A stretch of 64,000 nucleotides of DNA from Eledone cirrhosa (GCA_964016885.1 OZ024743.1:71238001-71302000), one strand, 5' to 3'; positions 23,619 through 38,962 are shown, counted from the first letter of the stretch. Made by a program: numbers and translations. The notes: generated by a model from the sequence alone, not told the origin.

Positions 23619-25311
23619 GGCGACCTACGTAGTAAATCGTATCATCGTGAGCTCCGCAAAGGTTTGTTATTACCGTTTGTTAAAAATTGTCATTTATGGA
23701 AAATTTTATTGTTAACTGTTTATAAGCGCACATACATTGTTTTCCGAAAAGGACACCCAAAACGATTGGGGCCTTGTGCCCAAAATTTAAACTTTTATTA
23801 TTATCAAAAAAATTTATTTGAAAAAAATGGCTAATTCACCTCTGCACGAAGCAGCTGAAAGCCTTCCTCACAAATTAACACCTCACACCGACACCACCAT
23901 TATAAATGTTACTACGTTTGCCAACACAAAAAAATATAAGCACTAGCAATATTTTAAATTTGTCTCAGGCAGACATTCATTTCCCGCCATTACCAATGAC
24001 TGCAGGTGTTAAAGCCTCCACCACCACCACCACCGCGACAACCACCACCACCACCACCACCACCACCACCACCACCACCGCGACAACAGAAACAAAAGAA
24101 GAAAAAAATAAATTAACTCGTGATGTCGAAATGAAATCAAGCAAAATGGACTCTTCCCCACCAAAGACGACTGACGTCACCACCACCACAATTGAAACTA
24201 AAATTAATATTAACGATAGCAACAACAACAACAATGACATTATAAACCCTCCCCTCAGTTTCGCCAGAGTAGCAAAACAGTTCGAAGCATTTACGGTAAC
24301 TCAGGAGGATTTAGAAAATGCCAAACAAATGGTAAAGAAAGATGGGTACAGGGTCAGCCTCACCCCCCACCTAATAAAATGGAGCATCGGCGCCTATGCA
24401 CCGTGTCGTATAGAACAATAAATGTAAAATCGCGCCGAGTGGAACGGGCATCCGAGTCCCAAATCCAAAAAGCTTTGGCACATGTGTGGGCAAGAAAAAC
24501 CCACATCAGACGTGGGCAAAAGTATGGAACCGTGGACGTGTTCTTTGAAACACCAGAGGTGGCTAGAGAACACTCCATGGCCCCATTAAGAAGTGACGAC
24601 TTCACACTCGTCCCAAGCTATTGTGGCCAGAGACTCGTAAAGATCAGGGTGACCCACGTTCAACCGGCCATCGAAATTCACTGGCTAATAGCGGCTGTCC
24701 TCGCCGGCATCGAAGCCAACACGAAAATAATATCAATAGCAAAAGAAAAGCAGGAGAACTGGTCCGGATCTGGGATGGAGCTCCTGATCCAAGCGGACCA
24801 AAAAAGCACTGAGGAGGTCCCAGAGGTAATAGACCTCACTGACGGCAGCCACCTCACAGTAATTGTCGAGGGAAGAAGACCTAGGTGTGTCGTTTGTGGT
24901 GAAGGAACCCACCTAAGGGCTTTCTGCCCTCAGGCTAAAAGGTTGAGGCCACCTCTCCTACCCACCCCAGTGACACAACCATCAACACCACCAGTAGCAG
25001 AGATGGCAGCAACAACTGTAGCAGCAACAACAGAAGCAACTATAACAGCAACAACCCCAGCAACAGTAGCAAAACCAACACCACCACCAGCACCAGCAAA
25101 ACCAACACCACCACCACCCAACGCTTCAGAACTAGCACCAGCGCCTACACCATCCACCACGCCACAACCAAAACTAACGGCTGTGGAGGATTTTCCACTC
25201 CCCGGCCTATCACAACTGGAGACAGATTGTGACGACGAGGAGTGGGAAACGATATCCGGAAAAAAAAAAAGAAACCAAAAAAGAAAAAATTCTCCAAAAA
25301 AGAAAAAAATT
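23619..25311 (+). mobile_element. Tx1-type LINE, copy 2: 5' UTR plus ORF1, cut at the duplication junction
   Basis: Same 5' end as 19789; ORF1 with zinc knuckle CVVCGEGTHLRAFC; homopolymer frameshifts. Confidence 0.85.
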
Positions 25312-26316
25312 CTCCCTTACAGTAGTATGTCATATCTTGTGAGAAATATGACTAGCTAACCTCCCTTACAGTGGTATGTCATATCTTGTGAGAAATATCA
25401 CTAGCTAACCTCCCTTACAGTGGTATGTCATATCTTGTGAGAAATATCACTAGCTAACCTCCCTTACAGTGGTATGTCATATCTTGTGAGAAATATGACT
25501 AGCTAACCTCCCTTACAGTGGTATGTCATATCTTGTGAGAAATATCACTAGCTAACCTCCCTTACAGTGGTATGTCATATCTTGTGAGAAATATCACTAG
25601 CTAACCTCCCTTACTGTGGTATGTCATATATTGTGAGAAATATCACTAGCTAACCTCCCTTACAGTGGTATGTCACATCTTGTGAGAAATATCACTAGCT
25701 AACCTCGCTTACAGTGGTATGTCATATCTTGTGAGAAATATCTGTAGCTAACCTCCCCTACAGTGGTATGTCATATCTCGTGAGAAATATCACTAGCTAA
25801 GCCCCCTTACAGTGGTATGTCACATCTTGTGAGAAATATTACTAGCTAACATCCCCTACAGTGGTATGTCAAATCTTTTGAAAACTATCTGTAGATAATC
25901 TTCTCTACAGTGGTATGTTAATAGCTGGTATGAAATTTCCATTTTATTTGAGATGATTAGAGAAGCGGTCTTTCGTAAAGTCGAAACAATTTTGCTTCAA
26001 GGTTACATTTCTTAATTTGCTCTAATGTTGTTGTTGATACACATTGCTCTCGCTGATATGATTACAGATGTTACTGATGTTATTGTTGTTATTGTTATTG
26101 TCGTTGTTGGTGTTATTGATAGACATCGCCTAGATTGATGTTGTTGCTGTTGTTGCTGTTGATAAAACATGACTGACAACGATAGCATAGCGGATGCTGG
26201 TGTTGTTATTGTTGGTGATAATCTATACATCCTATTAGCTATTTATTCACAGCAAATATGACCAATATAACCTTATCTACTCAACCCACACCTTAACTGA
26301 TCGGCACACATGCAGA

Positions 26317-26748
26317 CAGGGTCGGATTTAATGGGGGAAAAGGGGTAATTACCCTGGGGCCCCTGCAGTGGGGGTGCCCAACCAGCGACAGGTATAGCAA
26401 TTTATTTCTGCCCCCAGTTGCGCTTTTTAGTTTTAGGATGGTGAGAATTTTTGAATTTAATACCTGTATGTATACCTTTTTATTTAATACCTGTATGTAT
26501 ACCTTTAATGTATAAAATTGGGGAATTTACGGTGTATTCTAACTTTCTGCGTATGAGAGGCCCCCCACCATACCTGAAGTGTTCAGTTATACAAACAGGT
26601 ATTAAATTAATAAAAATCTAACATTCCTAAAACTAAAAAGCCCTGTAGAGGGCACAAATAAATTGCTCTGGCAATCGCTGTTGGGGACACCCATTGCAGA
26701 GGACCCGGGCAATTGCCCCCTTTTTGCTCATTAAATCATCCGGCCCCG
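26317..26748. mobile_element. hAT-like non-autonomous element
   Basis: CAGGGTCGGATTTAATG..GGGGTAATTACCC vs GGGCAATTGCCCCC..CATTAAATCATCCGGCCCCG; no 8-bp TSD visible; left end missing in duplicate copy 1. Confidence 0.55.
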
Positions 26749-27425
26749 TGGTGTACAATTGTGGAAAGGTGCATATTTCTCGAAATATCGTACTTTCTTT
26801 CGTATCCCTTTACCATCCTCCGGGGAAACGCCTTCTCCATTCTGTCCGCCGGGGCTGTGGGGAGGCCAGCTCGTGGGACGCCATTTGCTCACAATACGGA
26901 GAGATGGGGGAGGGCGAGAGAGATGGAGGCGATAACAGTGGGAGTTCGGCTCTTCCACGTCCGGACCATATCCTTGTGGTTGTGTTCATTAAGCAGTTAA
27001 TGAGTCTGTTTATCTATAGACTCAATAGTGTACATTGTGTATATATTTTCAAAGTGTCCCACACTGTGCCAAAAATCTCCTCATTCCCCTTCTGCACCAA
27101 ATCTCCTACCACCAACATCAACCTCACCCCCAATGCCAACCAACACCACCACCTACTATCTGTCGTTGTTGTTGTCATTGTTGTCATTGATATATGAGTT
27201 ATAAACCTATGTGAAATATTGATATGCTAAAATAAACTCTGATGATACCGACCTTAGACCAATTCCTGAAGGTCATAGTATAAACGATAAATATATTTTA
27301 GAGAGAAGAGAAATAGGATTTCGCTTCAAGCATAGCTTTACACAGATGTGAATAGAAATTTTTGAGACGAGAAAACTATATATTCTCGACTGTTCTCAAG
27401 TTCAGCAGATGCAAGCGGTGGGAGG

Positions 27426-27471
27426 GACCGTCCTGATGAAGGCCAGTCAAGCCTGAAATGCATAGATGGTT
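27426..27471 (+). ncRNA. Minimal type I hammerhead ribozyme (duplicate of 7890)
   Basis: Identical to 7890-7935. Confidence 0.8.
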
Positions 27472-27760
27472 GTCGCCCTTGCTTCTGCTGGACACCACCA
27501 GAGGGCGTTAGCCCCGGTGTTTGCATAGCTACGGCTTCCTAAATGTTTCCTGTAAACACACCGTATTTCTTTAGAAATACGAAATTTCTATACATATTTT
27601 AGAGAATTTTATTTTAGTAAATTATAAAAAATAAAATGCTTTAAAAAATTTTTGAAGTTTTTAAAACTGTAACTATATGAGCCCAGGATAAAGTTTTGTC
27701 AGCTGAAACATGTTGGTTTGAAAGCGCATTGATTTTTTGGTGTTTTGTATAAATAGTATG

Positions 27761-27859
<99 letters not shown>

Positions 27860-27890
27860 TCGAGATTATCTCAAATACAAACACATATAT

Positions 27891-27939
<49 letters not shown>

Positions 27940-27953
27940 TATAAAAATATATA

Positions 27954-28036
<83 letters not shown>

Positions 28037-28993
28037 TCGAGATTATCTCAAATACACACACAGATATATATATGCATTTTAAATGCAATATATTTATGCT
28101 CCTACTTGCTTGAGCTTTCACTATGTTGAGAGATTAGGCCGCTATTTCTAGTTGTCCTTAGACCCTTTCACGTCGCTGGGACAGTGACAATATGCAGTGA
28201 TACTTTGATAACACCTTGTGCTCCTTTCGCTGTTCTCTGTTCTGTAGTTTTCGTGTGTAAGTTCAGATGGATCAATTCTCCTTTACTGACGATCTAGTTC
28301 GATCATCTAACTCCACTGATGTTTTGGTGAAACGTATTCATGATTTCTGAAGGATACGTATAAAGGAGAAATATATACAATTTTTATCAGGTTTCTATAT
28401 TTTAAATTGTTAAATTTTGATATGATAATGAAATGAACCATGTGTTCTTACATTCAATGCAGCTGATCTGTTAAATTTGATATGTTCTATTGTGCGTATA
28501 TATCATTAGATATATGGGTATGTATATACAGTAATCACCCGCTACATCGCGGTTCATTTTTCGCGATCCCGCTACATCACGGATTTTTCGTTAGAAAGTA
28601 TCTATATTCCTATCGCGGTACGTCTGAATAAAAAGTGTTTAAATATTAAACTTATTAAATAAGTTTCGATGTGATTGAAGTGTATAGTGTAATGAAGGGG
28701 CATCTTAAGGCTTTAGTTATGTTTATATTTTTCATTCCATATATGTACATAAGGCGTATAAGAGAGGTATTTTTAGGCTATGAAAACAACGGTTGTCTTT
28801 ATGGTCTTTCTATATCGCGGATTTTTATTTATTGCGGTTGGGTCTGGAAAGTAACCCCCTCGATAAACGGGGAATTACTGTATGTCATTCACTATTTTGT
28901 AATGATATATTACACAGCTAGATCCGAACTCCGAGTACAGATCTAGCTGTCGAAATGGCCGGAGCTCAGCCGTCGGGGTCCTGACTCTTTTCC

Positions 28994-29063
<70 letters not shown>

Positions 29064-29371
29064 ATATAGAAAAGCTTCTACAGGACTAGAACTGTTTCAT
29101 TTGTGAGAAATCGCCAGGAATATTTATTCTCTGCTTTGTATTGAATACCTTACTTACTGTGGTTACCCTCAATTGAATCCGGAATAAACTTCTATATATA
29201 TATATTTTTTTTTTACCCACACCTCTAGCTGTCGAAATGAAATGGCCGGAGCTCAGCCGTCGGGGCCCTGACTCTTTTCCTACATATATATATATATATT
29301 TTTTTTTTCGCCTCAGTTCGGAACCAGCTTTCGAAACGACAAGGGTACAGCCGCCGAGCCTCCAATCTTTC

Positions 29372-29421
<50 letters not shown>

Positions 29422-29535
29422 ATAAGAATGTTTATATTTATATATGTTTGATATAAATATAAATATGTAGGGTAGTACTAAGTACTGTCAGCAAATAAAT
29501 GTTCTAAACTAAAATTTGATCGTTTTAACACTTTG

Positions 29536-29685
<150 letters not shown>

Positions 29686-29723
29686 ATGTATATATATATA
29701 TATACAAAAACATATGTATATTT

Positions 29724-29788
<65 letters not shown>

Positions 29789-29907
29789 CACAGACAACAA
29801 AATTAAGTACGGAATTTCTGAAAGCAAAAATTGGTTGCTTGAAATTTTTATCTGTTAATAATAAATATTTACCTTACAGGTTTATATAAACTAAACACAC
29901 ACACACG

Positions 29908-29946
<39 letters not shown>

Positions 29947-30160
29947 TAACATAAGAGATTTTAGTCTTCACATTTATTATTATTACTATATATATATAGT
30001 GAAAACTTGGACGGGAACAACATCAGAGAGGCAGACAAACAAATATATATCTATATCTATACATACATCAACATATCTGAAAATGTACCTTCTGTGTGTC
30101 CAACAGTCTTCTTGTATCTGTATGAGACAAGTTGCCTAGGGGCTATTCCAGATAGACACA

Positions 30161-30207
<47 letters not shown>

Positions 30208-31649
30208 ATTTATGTAATCATGTGCCAGTATGTTCGTAGGCCTACCTGTCTAATATTGATCAGATCATACGTTAACCGACACATACAGGAAGAAATACAC
30301 ATACTATTAACACATGGAACAAACACACACACGTAAAAAACGCACATACACAACACATATTCACATTTACTTTTGAGATGCTTATTTTCAACATGATTTA
30401 GTATGAAGAGATAAATGCATTTTCAATTTATTGAGGGAGGTCTCTGAATTTAAAGTCAATATCTGCATACATGGTGCTGAAACTCCTTATCAGCCAATGC
30501 TTTCCACTTTACCCTGAGGGTCGTGGACCTGCAAGTTTAGTGTCTTTTTTTTTCTTTAATTAGTCTCAGGTAACCGATTATCAGATCAAAAGACACTTTC
30601 AGTTCTCAAATACCCTCCCCCACCATTATTTTTCATACCTACCCCCACCCACTCACTCACCGGCTCATATTCTAACCACACAAATTATTAACTTTTGCTA
30701 TTCTATCTCCGGCGAAATTTTATTTTAAGTGGTAGCATTCCTGCAACAATTAATTTTCTTTAGACATTAAGAACATTCTATTTATCTAGAGCGGGTAAAA
30801 TTCCTGAGATCCATGGACGAGTTCTCTCCAGCGGTCTCTGTCCCTCATTTTCGCTGCCATGTCATGCGTCTCCAAAAGACCAGTGTATGTGCTTAGGGCA
30901 TCAACATATGTTATCCTCGATCTTCCTCTACCAGTGTGTCCATGCAGGGGCTCCCACAGGAGCACTGAGTGCATTGTCAACTCTGGATGTCGGTGAGCAT
31001 GTCCAGCTAACTTCAGTCTCCTCTTTTTTAGGAAGGCCTTTGATCTGTGGACCGTCACTGCCTGATGAAGATCTTACAGGCTTATGGAATCTCCAAGATG
31101 ATAGTGGACCTGATCTCACTGCTCTACACCAACATCAAAGCCCAAGTCATTACACCTGATGGGATGACAGAGTTCTTTGAGATACTGGCTGGAATGCTCC
31201 AGGGAGATAAATTGGCTCCCTACCTTTTTATCATCGCAGTGGACTATTGTATGCGCCTTGCGCAGGAGAAACACCAGGACTCTGGCTTTACTGTAAGAAC
31301 ATTATACATGACAAAAAGGTAGATTACTAGAAATCCCATTTGTTATAAAATAAATAAGATGGGTTGGGGTCTCAATATGTAAACTAAACGACTAATTGTG
31401 TTTTTTTTTAAAATCAACTGAGTCAACCAAGAAAAATTAACGATTTTCCAATCCCAGCTTATTCCACTCCCCAACGTATTCCAAATCCCTCTCTTAGTCC
31501 AACCTACCCTATTATTTGGGACCCTAAATTAACTCAGCCCCTCTTTTAACACGAACATTCAGCACAGAATTGAAGGGATCAGAAACAAGAAAATAAATCA
31601 GTTACTGTCCTCTGTTCCTGGATGTCTTTGTGCTGGAAGAAGGCGTTCA

Positions 31650-33733
31650 TAATAGACAGTCCATTATTAGAACTAAAGTGCAATGTGACCTCTCCGTTCA
31701 TAGATAGTCCATTACTAGAACTAAAGTGTAATGTGACCACTCCCTTCATAGATAGTCCATTACTAGAACTAAAGTGTAATGTGACCTCTCCGTTCATAGA
31801 TAGTCCATTACTAGAACTGAAGTGAAATGTGACCTCTCCGTTTATAGATAGTCCATTACTAGAACTAAAGTGTAATGTGACTTCTCCGTTCATAGATAGA
31901 CCATTACTAGAACTAAAGTGTAATGTGACCTCTCCGTTCATAGATAGTCCATTACTAGAACTAAAGTGTAATGTGACCTCTCTATTCATAGATAGTTCAT
32001 TACTAGAACTAAAGTGTAATGTGACCTCTCCGTTCATAGATAGTCCATTACTAGAAATAAAGTCTAATGTGACCTCTCCGTTCATAGATAGTCCATTACT
32101 AGAACTAAAGTGTAATGTGACCTCTCCGTTCATAGATAGTTCATTACTAGAACTAAAGTGTAATGTGACCTCTCCGTTCATAGATAGTCCATTACTAGAA
32201 CTAAAGTCTAATGTGACCTCTCCGTTCATAGATAGTCCATTACTAGAACTAAAGTGTAATGTGACCTCTCCGTTAATAATAGATAGTCCATTACTAGAAC
32301 TAAAGTGTAACGTGACCTCTCCGTTAATAATAGATAGTCCATTACTAGAACTAAAGTGTAATGTGACCTCTCCGTTAATAATAGATAGTCCATTACTAGA
32401 ACTAAAGTGTAATATGACCTCTCCGTTAATAATAGATAGTCCATTACTAGAACTAAAGTGTAATGTGACCTCTCCGATAATAATAGATAGTCCATTACTA
32501 GAACTAAAGTGTAATGTGACCTCTCAGTTCATAGATAGTCCATTACTAGAACTAAAGTGTAATGTGACCTCTCCGTTCATAGATAGTCCATTACTAGAAC
32601 TAAAGTGTAATGTGACCTCTCCGTTAATAATAGATAGTCCATTACTAGAACTAAAGTGTAATGTGACCTCTCAGTTCATAGATAGTCCATTACTAGAACT
32701 AAAGTGTAATGTGACCTCTCCGTTAATAATAGATAGTCCATTACTAGAACTAAAGTGTAATGTGACCTCTCCGTTAATAATAGATAGTCCATACTAGAAC
32801 TAAAGTGTAATGTGACCTCTCCGTTAATAATAGATAGTCCATTACTAGAACTAAAGTGTAATGTGACCTCTCAGTTCATAGATAGTCCATTACTAGAACT
32901 AAAGTGTAATGTGACCTCTCCGTTCATAGATAGTCCATTACTAGAACTAAAGTGTAATGTGACCTCTCCGTTAATAATAGACAGTCCATTACTAGAACAA
33001 AAGTGTAATGTGACCTCTCCGTTCATAGATAGTCCATTACTAGAACTAAAGTGTAATGTGACCTCTCCGTTCATAGATAGTCCATTACTAGAACTAAAGT
33101 GTAATGTGACCTCTCCGTTCATAGATAGTCCATTACTAGAACTAAAGTGTAATGTGACCTCTCCGTTCATAGATAGTCCATTACTAGAACTAAAGTGTAA
33201 TGTGACCTCTCCGTTCATAGATAGTCCATTACTAGAACTAAAGTGTAATGTGACCTCTCCGTTCATAGATAGTCCATTACTAGAACTAAAGTGTAATGTG
33301 ACCTCTCCGTTCATAGATAGTCCATTACTAGAACTAAAGTGTAATGTGACCTCTCCGTTCATAGATAGTCCATTACTAGAACTAAAGTGTAATGTGACCT
33401 CTCAGTTCATAGATAGTCCATTACTAGAACTAAAGTGTAATGTGACCTCTCCGTTCATAGATAGTCCATTACTAGAACTAAAGTGTAATGTGACCTCTCC
33501 GTTCATAGATAGTCCATTACTAGAACTAAAGTGTAATGTGACCTCTCAGTTCATAGATAGTCCATTACTAGAACTAAAGTGTAATGTGACCTCTCCGTTC
33601 ATAGATAGTCCATTACTAGAACTAAAGTGTAATGTGACCTCTCCGTTCATAGATAGTCCATTACTAGAACTAAAGTATAATGTGACCTCTCCGTTCATAG
33701 ATAGTCCATTACTAGAACTAAAGTGAAATGTGA
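31650..33733. repeat. 48/51-bp minisatellite, ~42 copies
   Basis: Same unit as 12340-15325. Confidence 0.97.
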
Positions 33734-35384
33734 CGTTTCCGGCCTTTCATCTTTATGGAGTCGATAAAACAAAGTACCAGTAATCTACTGGTAATTGCTG
33801 ATCTATGTGCCTCATGTAGAAACAATTAAGATTAGGATCGCCGTTCCTTCCAATCACTCCATGTCAGGTGATCAGTGACTGTGTGTGCATTGAAGTCGCT
33901 CATTCGGATATATGATTCAGTCTGAACTACATCTAATGCTGCAGTGACTTCATCAAGGATGGATCTGTGTTCAGATTTTCTGTTTGGCACATAAACTTGC
34001 CCCATCCACAGAGACACTTCTTTCAACTTAAGCTTCAAGAGGCAAAATATTCATTGCAATGGATCCCTTCTATAAACCATTTCGACAGGCGAGGGCTTGC
34101 GAATATCTCCACTTTTTCTTGTGCAGTCATTTCTGGAAACACACTTGAATTGTGGGGTTTCCATCGTCGATCCCAAACTACAATATTAGAGCCACAGATC
34201 TTTCTTGAGGAAACTCCAACTATATCTAGCCGGTAGCATCTGGCCACATTCATTAGTTTCTGACCCTCAGCTGTAAGGGGTGTAACGTTTCAGCTGCCAA
34301 TTGTTAACGTTTGCTGCCTTTTGGATCTTGTTTCGAATCTCGGTATATGCAACCTTTGTGCGTCCATCCCACGCCTTACCAGGACGTTGAAACCGATTAG
34401 AGATTATTCAGTACGGTAGTTCCTGCTTCAGCTGTTACATGCTGCGGGCGAAATGAGCTCTGTGTAGCGTCGGGTCGCCAGAGACCGTCTTGGTTCAATC
34501 AGGAGGTTAAAGAGGCTACCTTAACAAACAAGGAGGCTCACTAAGCTTGGCTTGGATATGTCTTCCACCATGCACTCGCATATGTATGTATGTATGCAGT
34601 GGCGGGCTGGGTCTAAAAATATTGTTTGCCAGGAGATGAAAAGCGCCCACATACCTATAGAATGCTATCATTTAATTTTTATAATGAATAAATAACATTT
34701 TCGAAAAATACATAAGTGGAAACAAAACAGTGCAATCAAATTTTTTTGGAAAAATATCTTACCTTCTCCAATAAAAAATATTATGTATTTTACGAAATCC
34801 AGAGACTTTCAATAATGATCGGAATTCGACCCTAAATATTACTAATAGCTCTAGGAAAGCCATGAACGACACCACATCTTTTTAACTTTGATTTTGACAG
34901 TAGGCTTATAATTATCAAATTTCATTATACTTTTGTAGTTATCTTGGTGGCCTGGCTGGAGAAATCATAGACGGTGGTGATTCTGGTCTGAAGTTCTATC
35001 CTGGTCGGGAGTAGGGTTCACGTTAAACCTTTTCAGTTTTTTCTATTGGTTGTAAAATAAAAACTATAAAAAGGTTACATGTATCTCTTCACCAGGATTG
35101 AACCCAAGGCCAGGATCTCAACCATCTCTAGTACTTACCGCTAGGCCACAGAGATAACTACGAACATCTTATGAAAATTCATACTTATAAACCTACATTC
35201 AAAATTTTCAAAACAAAGTGTTGTGGCGTCGTTCATGTCATTCTTAATGTTATTGCTGTAATGTAAACTTTTTTATATTATCTAGTGATTCTGACGATTT
35301 CTCTACAAATGAAATAAATGCTACCTCCTTTTGAATGAAACATATGTAAATCAATTATATAATGTATTAGTGTATTGGACTTTG

Positions 35385-35426
<42 letters not shown>

Positions 35427-35612
35427 GGGCGGTGGATTGGCAGTATCGGTAGAGGGTCGGACGCCATGCTTTCCAGCATAGTTACGTCCCTTTACGATTT
35501 GAGTTCAAATCCCGCCGAGGTTGACTTTGCCTTTCATCCTTACGGGCTCGATAAAATAAAAGTACCCGTAATGCACTGAGTAATTGCTGGCCTTGTGCCT
35601 AAAGTAGAAACA
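35427..35612 (+). mobile_element. Full OK-like SINE inserted in (ATT)n
   Basis: GGCGGTGGATTGGCAG head, B-box GAGTTCAAATCC, tail GGCCTTGTGCCTAAAGTAGAAACA; (ATT)n on both sides. Confidence 0.85.
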
Positions 35613-35632
35613 ATTATTATTATTATTATTAT

Positions 35633-37870
35633 AGCTGCATTTATCTTGCTTTATGTTCATACGATTTATCACCAAGTCACAACCAGTGACCTCAAGAGAC
35701 AACAAGGTCCGCCATGTTCAAGAAAGAACATACATACTCACACATGCATCATAAGGTGTTTAGACTTGTGATGTACTTATATTGACAGAATCTTCCTTAG
35801 TATATGGGCAGTTCCCATTAGTACTATCTTTTGTATTTCTCCTATACGCGGGTTTCCTGGGATTTGCGATAAGTAATCATTAGACCCCTTAGGTATCATT
35901 CCTAGAGCGCCTACAACCACTGGTATTGCTTTAGTTCTCAATTTCCACATTTTTCCAATTTCTATCTCCAGGTCCTTATATTTGCTCAATTTTTCAAATG
36001 TTTTTCTAGATACATTCTTGTCTATTGGAACGGACATATCAATTAGCAGGCATACCCTCTTTTGAAAGTCCTTCAGTATTATATCAGGTCTATTTGCATC
36101 TATTTTTCGGTCTGTTTGGATGCTGAAGTTCCACAAGATTCAGATTAGATCTTTTTCAAGTATGGGAAGTGGTTGATGTCCCACCACTTCTTTTGATGGG
36201 GCAGGTCAAAATGCTTACACATTATCCAATGTATGCTTACACATTATCCAATGTATGTCATACCTGTTTAGGTATTCGGTTGGAGCTATAGGACTGCTCA
36301 TTGAAATTATATGATCAATGGTCTCTGGTTGTTTTTTACATACACGGCATAATGGGCTGCATCCATTTTTTATTATGTTGGCTTGGTAATTTTATGTTGG
36401 CAGACACTGATCTTGTGCTGATATAATCAGTCCTTCAGTCTCCGATTTCAGTCCAGAGGATGCCAACCACTGATGGGTTAAAGTTTTGTCAACATCAGGA
36501 TTGTTAGCTCGTTCTGGGTATTTTCCATACAGAGGCTTTTCTTGCCATTTCTTAGCCAGTTTCTGTAGCAGTTCTTTCTTTGCAGTTACTTTTACCTGCT
36601 TTGCTTTTTCTGTGTTTTCCATTTCAGCAGTAAATGGGACTTCTGAAATTTGTAGTCCATTACTGTATCTTTGTGCATCTTTTGTAATGGAGTATGATCT
36701 TTTGATGCTTTCATGTTTCAAAACGAGTTTGATCATCCAATCATGTGATTCCCTTAGATATGTAGATAATCCAATTGTTTCAGTTTTCAACGCAATATCT
36801 AACTGGATTAACCCACTTCCTCCTTCTTTCCTAGGGAGATATATTCTATCTGTATCTGCCTTAGGGTGATGCATTCTGTGCATGGTTAAGAATTTTCTAA
36901 TTTTTGTATCGAGCCTACGGATCTCTGTGCTTGACCATTTGATGACATTGTAACTGTAGGTTACTACGGGTATGGCAAGCGTGTTTATGGCATCGATCCT
37001 ATTCCTTGCATTCAATTCCGTTCTTAAGATTGCTCTTACTCTGCGGTAACATTCCTTCCTTATCCTTTTCCTCATTGTCGAGTGCTTGATTCTGTCTCCT
37101 TCACAAACACCTAGATATTTGTAAGTTTCCTCTTGATAAAGTTCTCTTATCACATTCCCCCAATCAAGATTAATGTCTGAACTTTTCAGCAGCTTTCCTC
37201 TGGTGAACGTTGCTTTGGCGCATTTATCTAGTCCAAACTTCATTTTAATGTCATCACTGAACTGCCCCACAGTGGATAATAGCCCTTGCAATTGTTCATC
37301 ATTTTTTGGAAATAGTTTCAGGTCATCCATGTAGAACAAGTGATTAATGGTTTTGTCATAGACTTTATATCCATGTTTTGTTTCATTGAGCATTTTACTT
37401 AATGGTATAAGTGCGATGCAGAATAAAAGCGGTGATAAAGAGTCACCCTGAAAAATTCCACAATTAATATTAACTTCTCCAGCTTCCAGTGATTTTGTTT
37501 CACTATTCAAAAGGAGTGTCGTTTTCTATGTCTTCATACTGAATGACAAAAACCTCCTGACAACGGGAGATATTTTGAAAATCTCTAAACATTTTTCAAT
37601 CCAACTGTGTGGCAAACTATCGAATGCTTTTTTATAATCTATCCAAGCAATTGATAGATTTATGTGTCTATTATGACAATCTTCCAGTATTATTTTGTTA
37701 ACCAAAAGCTGATACTTACAGCCATATGAGCCACGTTTACACCCTTTCTGCTCAATGGGAAATAGGTCATTTGTTATCAGGTGGTCATATGTATATTCAG
37801 TTAGGACTGATGTTAAAATTTTATACATTGTGGTCAAGCAAGTTATCGGTCTGTAATTTTTGGGATTGTT
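35633..37870 (-). mobile_element. R4/Dong-type LINE (family B), 5'-truncated and degraded
   Basis: ORF pieces 37526-37837, 36392-37510, 35777-36136: YRPITCL, FQGDSLSPLLF, YMDDLK, RPDIIL..IDMSVP..KY; stops and frameshifts; 3' (TAA)n. Confidence 0.9.
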
Positions 37871-37899
37871 ATTATTTGGGATTATTTATGTTGTTATTA

Positions 37900-38962
37900 C
37901 TCTTTGAGTCTCAGTCATTGATGTTAGTTAACTGGAAAGTTTGTTGAAATGAATATCAAGCCACTACCGCAGCCTCAGATATTCAGGACGTATCGGAGGG
38001 TTCTTGCTGTTCCCAGCAAGCATGCCTTTTGAAGCGTTCCAAAAAGCGTGAAGGGGCCAATTTTCTTTAACCATCCCTGGAAACCTTTTGAGATAGTCCC
38101 TAGTGCGCCTATGACAATCGGGATCACTTTGACTTCATGGCAGTTCCAAATCCTTTTTACCTCCCACTTTAAGTCCTGGTATCGGTTAATTTTCTCCCTC
38201 TCCTTCTCTTGCACTCTCGTGTCGAATGGGCAGGCCACATCCACAATCAGGCACGATCTTTATTCTTTGTCCACAACCACCAGGTCAGGTCTATTGTGTT
38301 CCAGTTTCTTGTCCGTCTGTATCCTAAAATCCCACAGCACCTTCACCTGATCGTTCTCTATCACCGCCTCTGGCTTATGCTCACACCACTTCTCAGAATG
38401 TGGTAAATTGTTTACTTTGCATAGGTGCCAGTGGATCACCCTGCCCATCACATCATGTCTCCAGCCCTTATAGTGAGTCTGGGCTAGGTGTTTACACTCG
38501 GATACAATGTGAGCCACAGTCTCCTCTCTCTCTCCACAGATCCTGCACAGTGGGCTAGCCTCCTCCTTGTAAATATGGTGTTTCAACCACTTCGTTTTGA
38601 GGGCCTGCTCCTGCGCAGCCATTAACATTCCTTCTGTAGCCTTTTTAAGGTCTCCTCTTTTCAACCAGTTCCATGTCTGTGGATCTCTAAATTCAGTTTT
38701 CTCAAAGAAGGTACTATGAAGGGATTTTTCCTGAAGGCTGCTCTTTCTCCTTGATGTTATTTCCTCCTTGGACATCCCCTGGCCTATTGTCCCCTCCTTC
38801 AGTACAGTTCTGAGCATTGGCTCCTTACTATCAGTCACGTATTTGTGTAGGTTGTTTTTCTCCATCTGAACACAGTCCTCTATGCTGATAAGACCTCTTC
38901 CACCCTCAGATCTCCTTAAGTAGAGTCTATCGACATCACTCCTCTTGTGGAACATGTTGTAG
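37900..38962 (-). mobile_element. Dong-A 3' fragment
   Basis: Highly similar to 17004-18070; one stop near 38260; 5' junction on (TAA)n. Confidence 0.9.
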
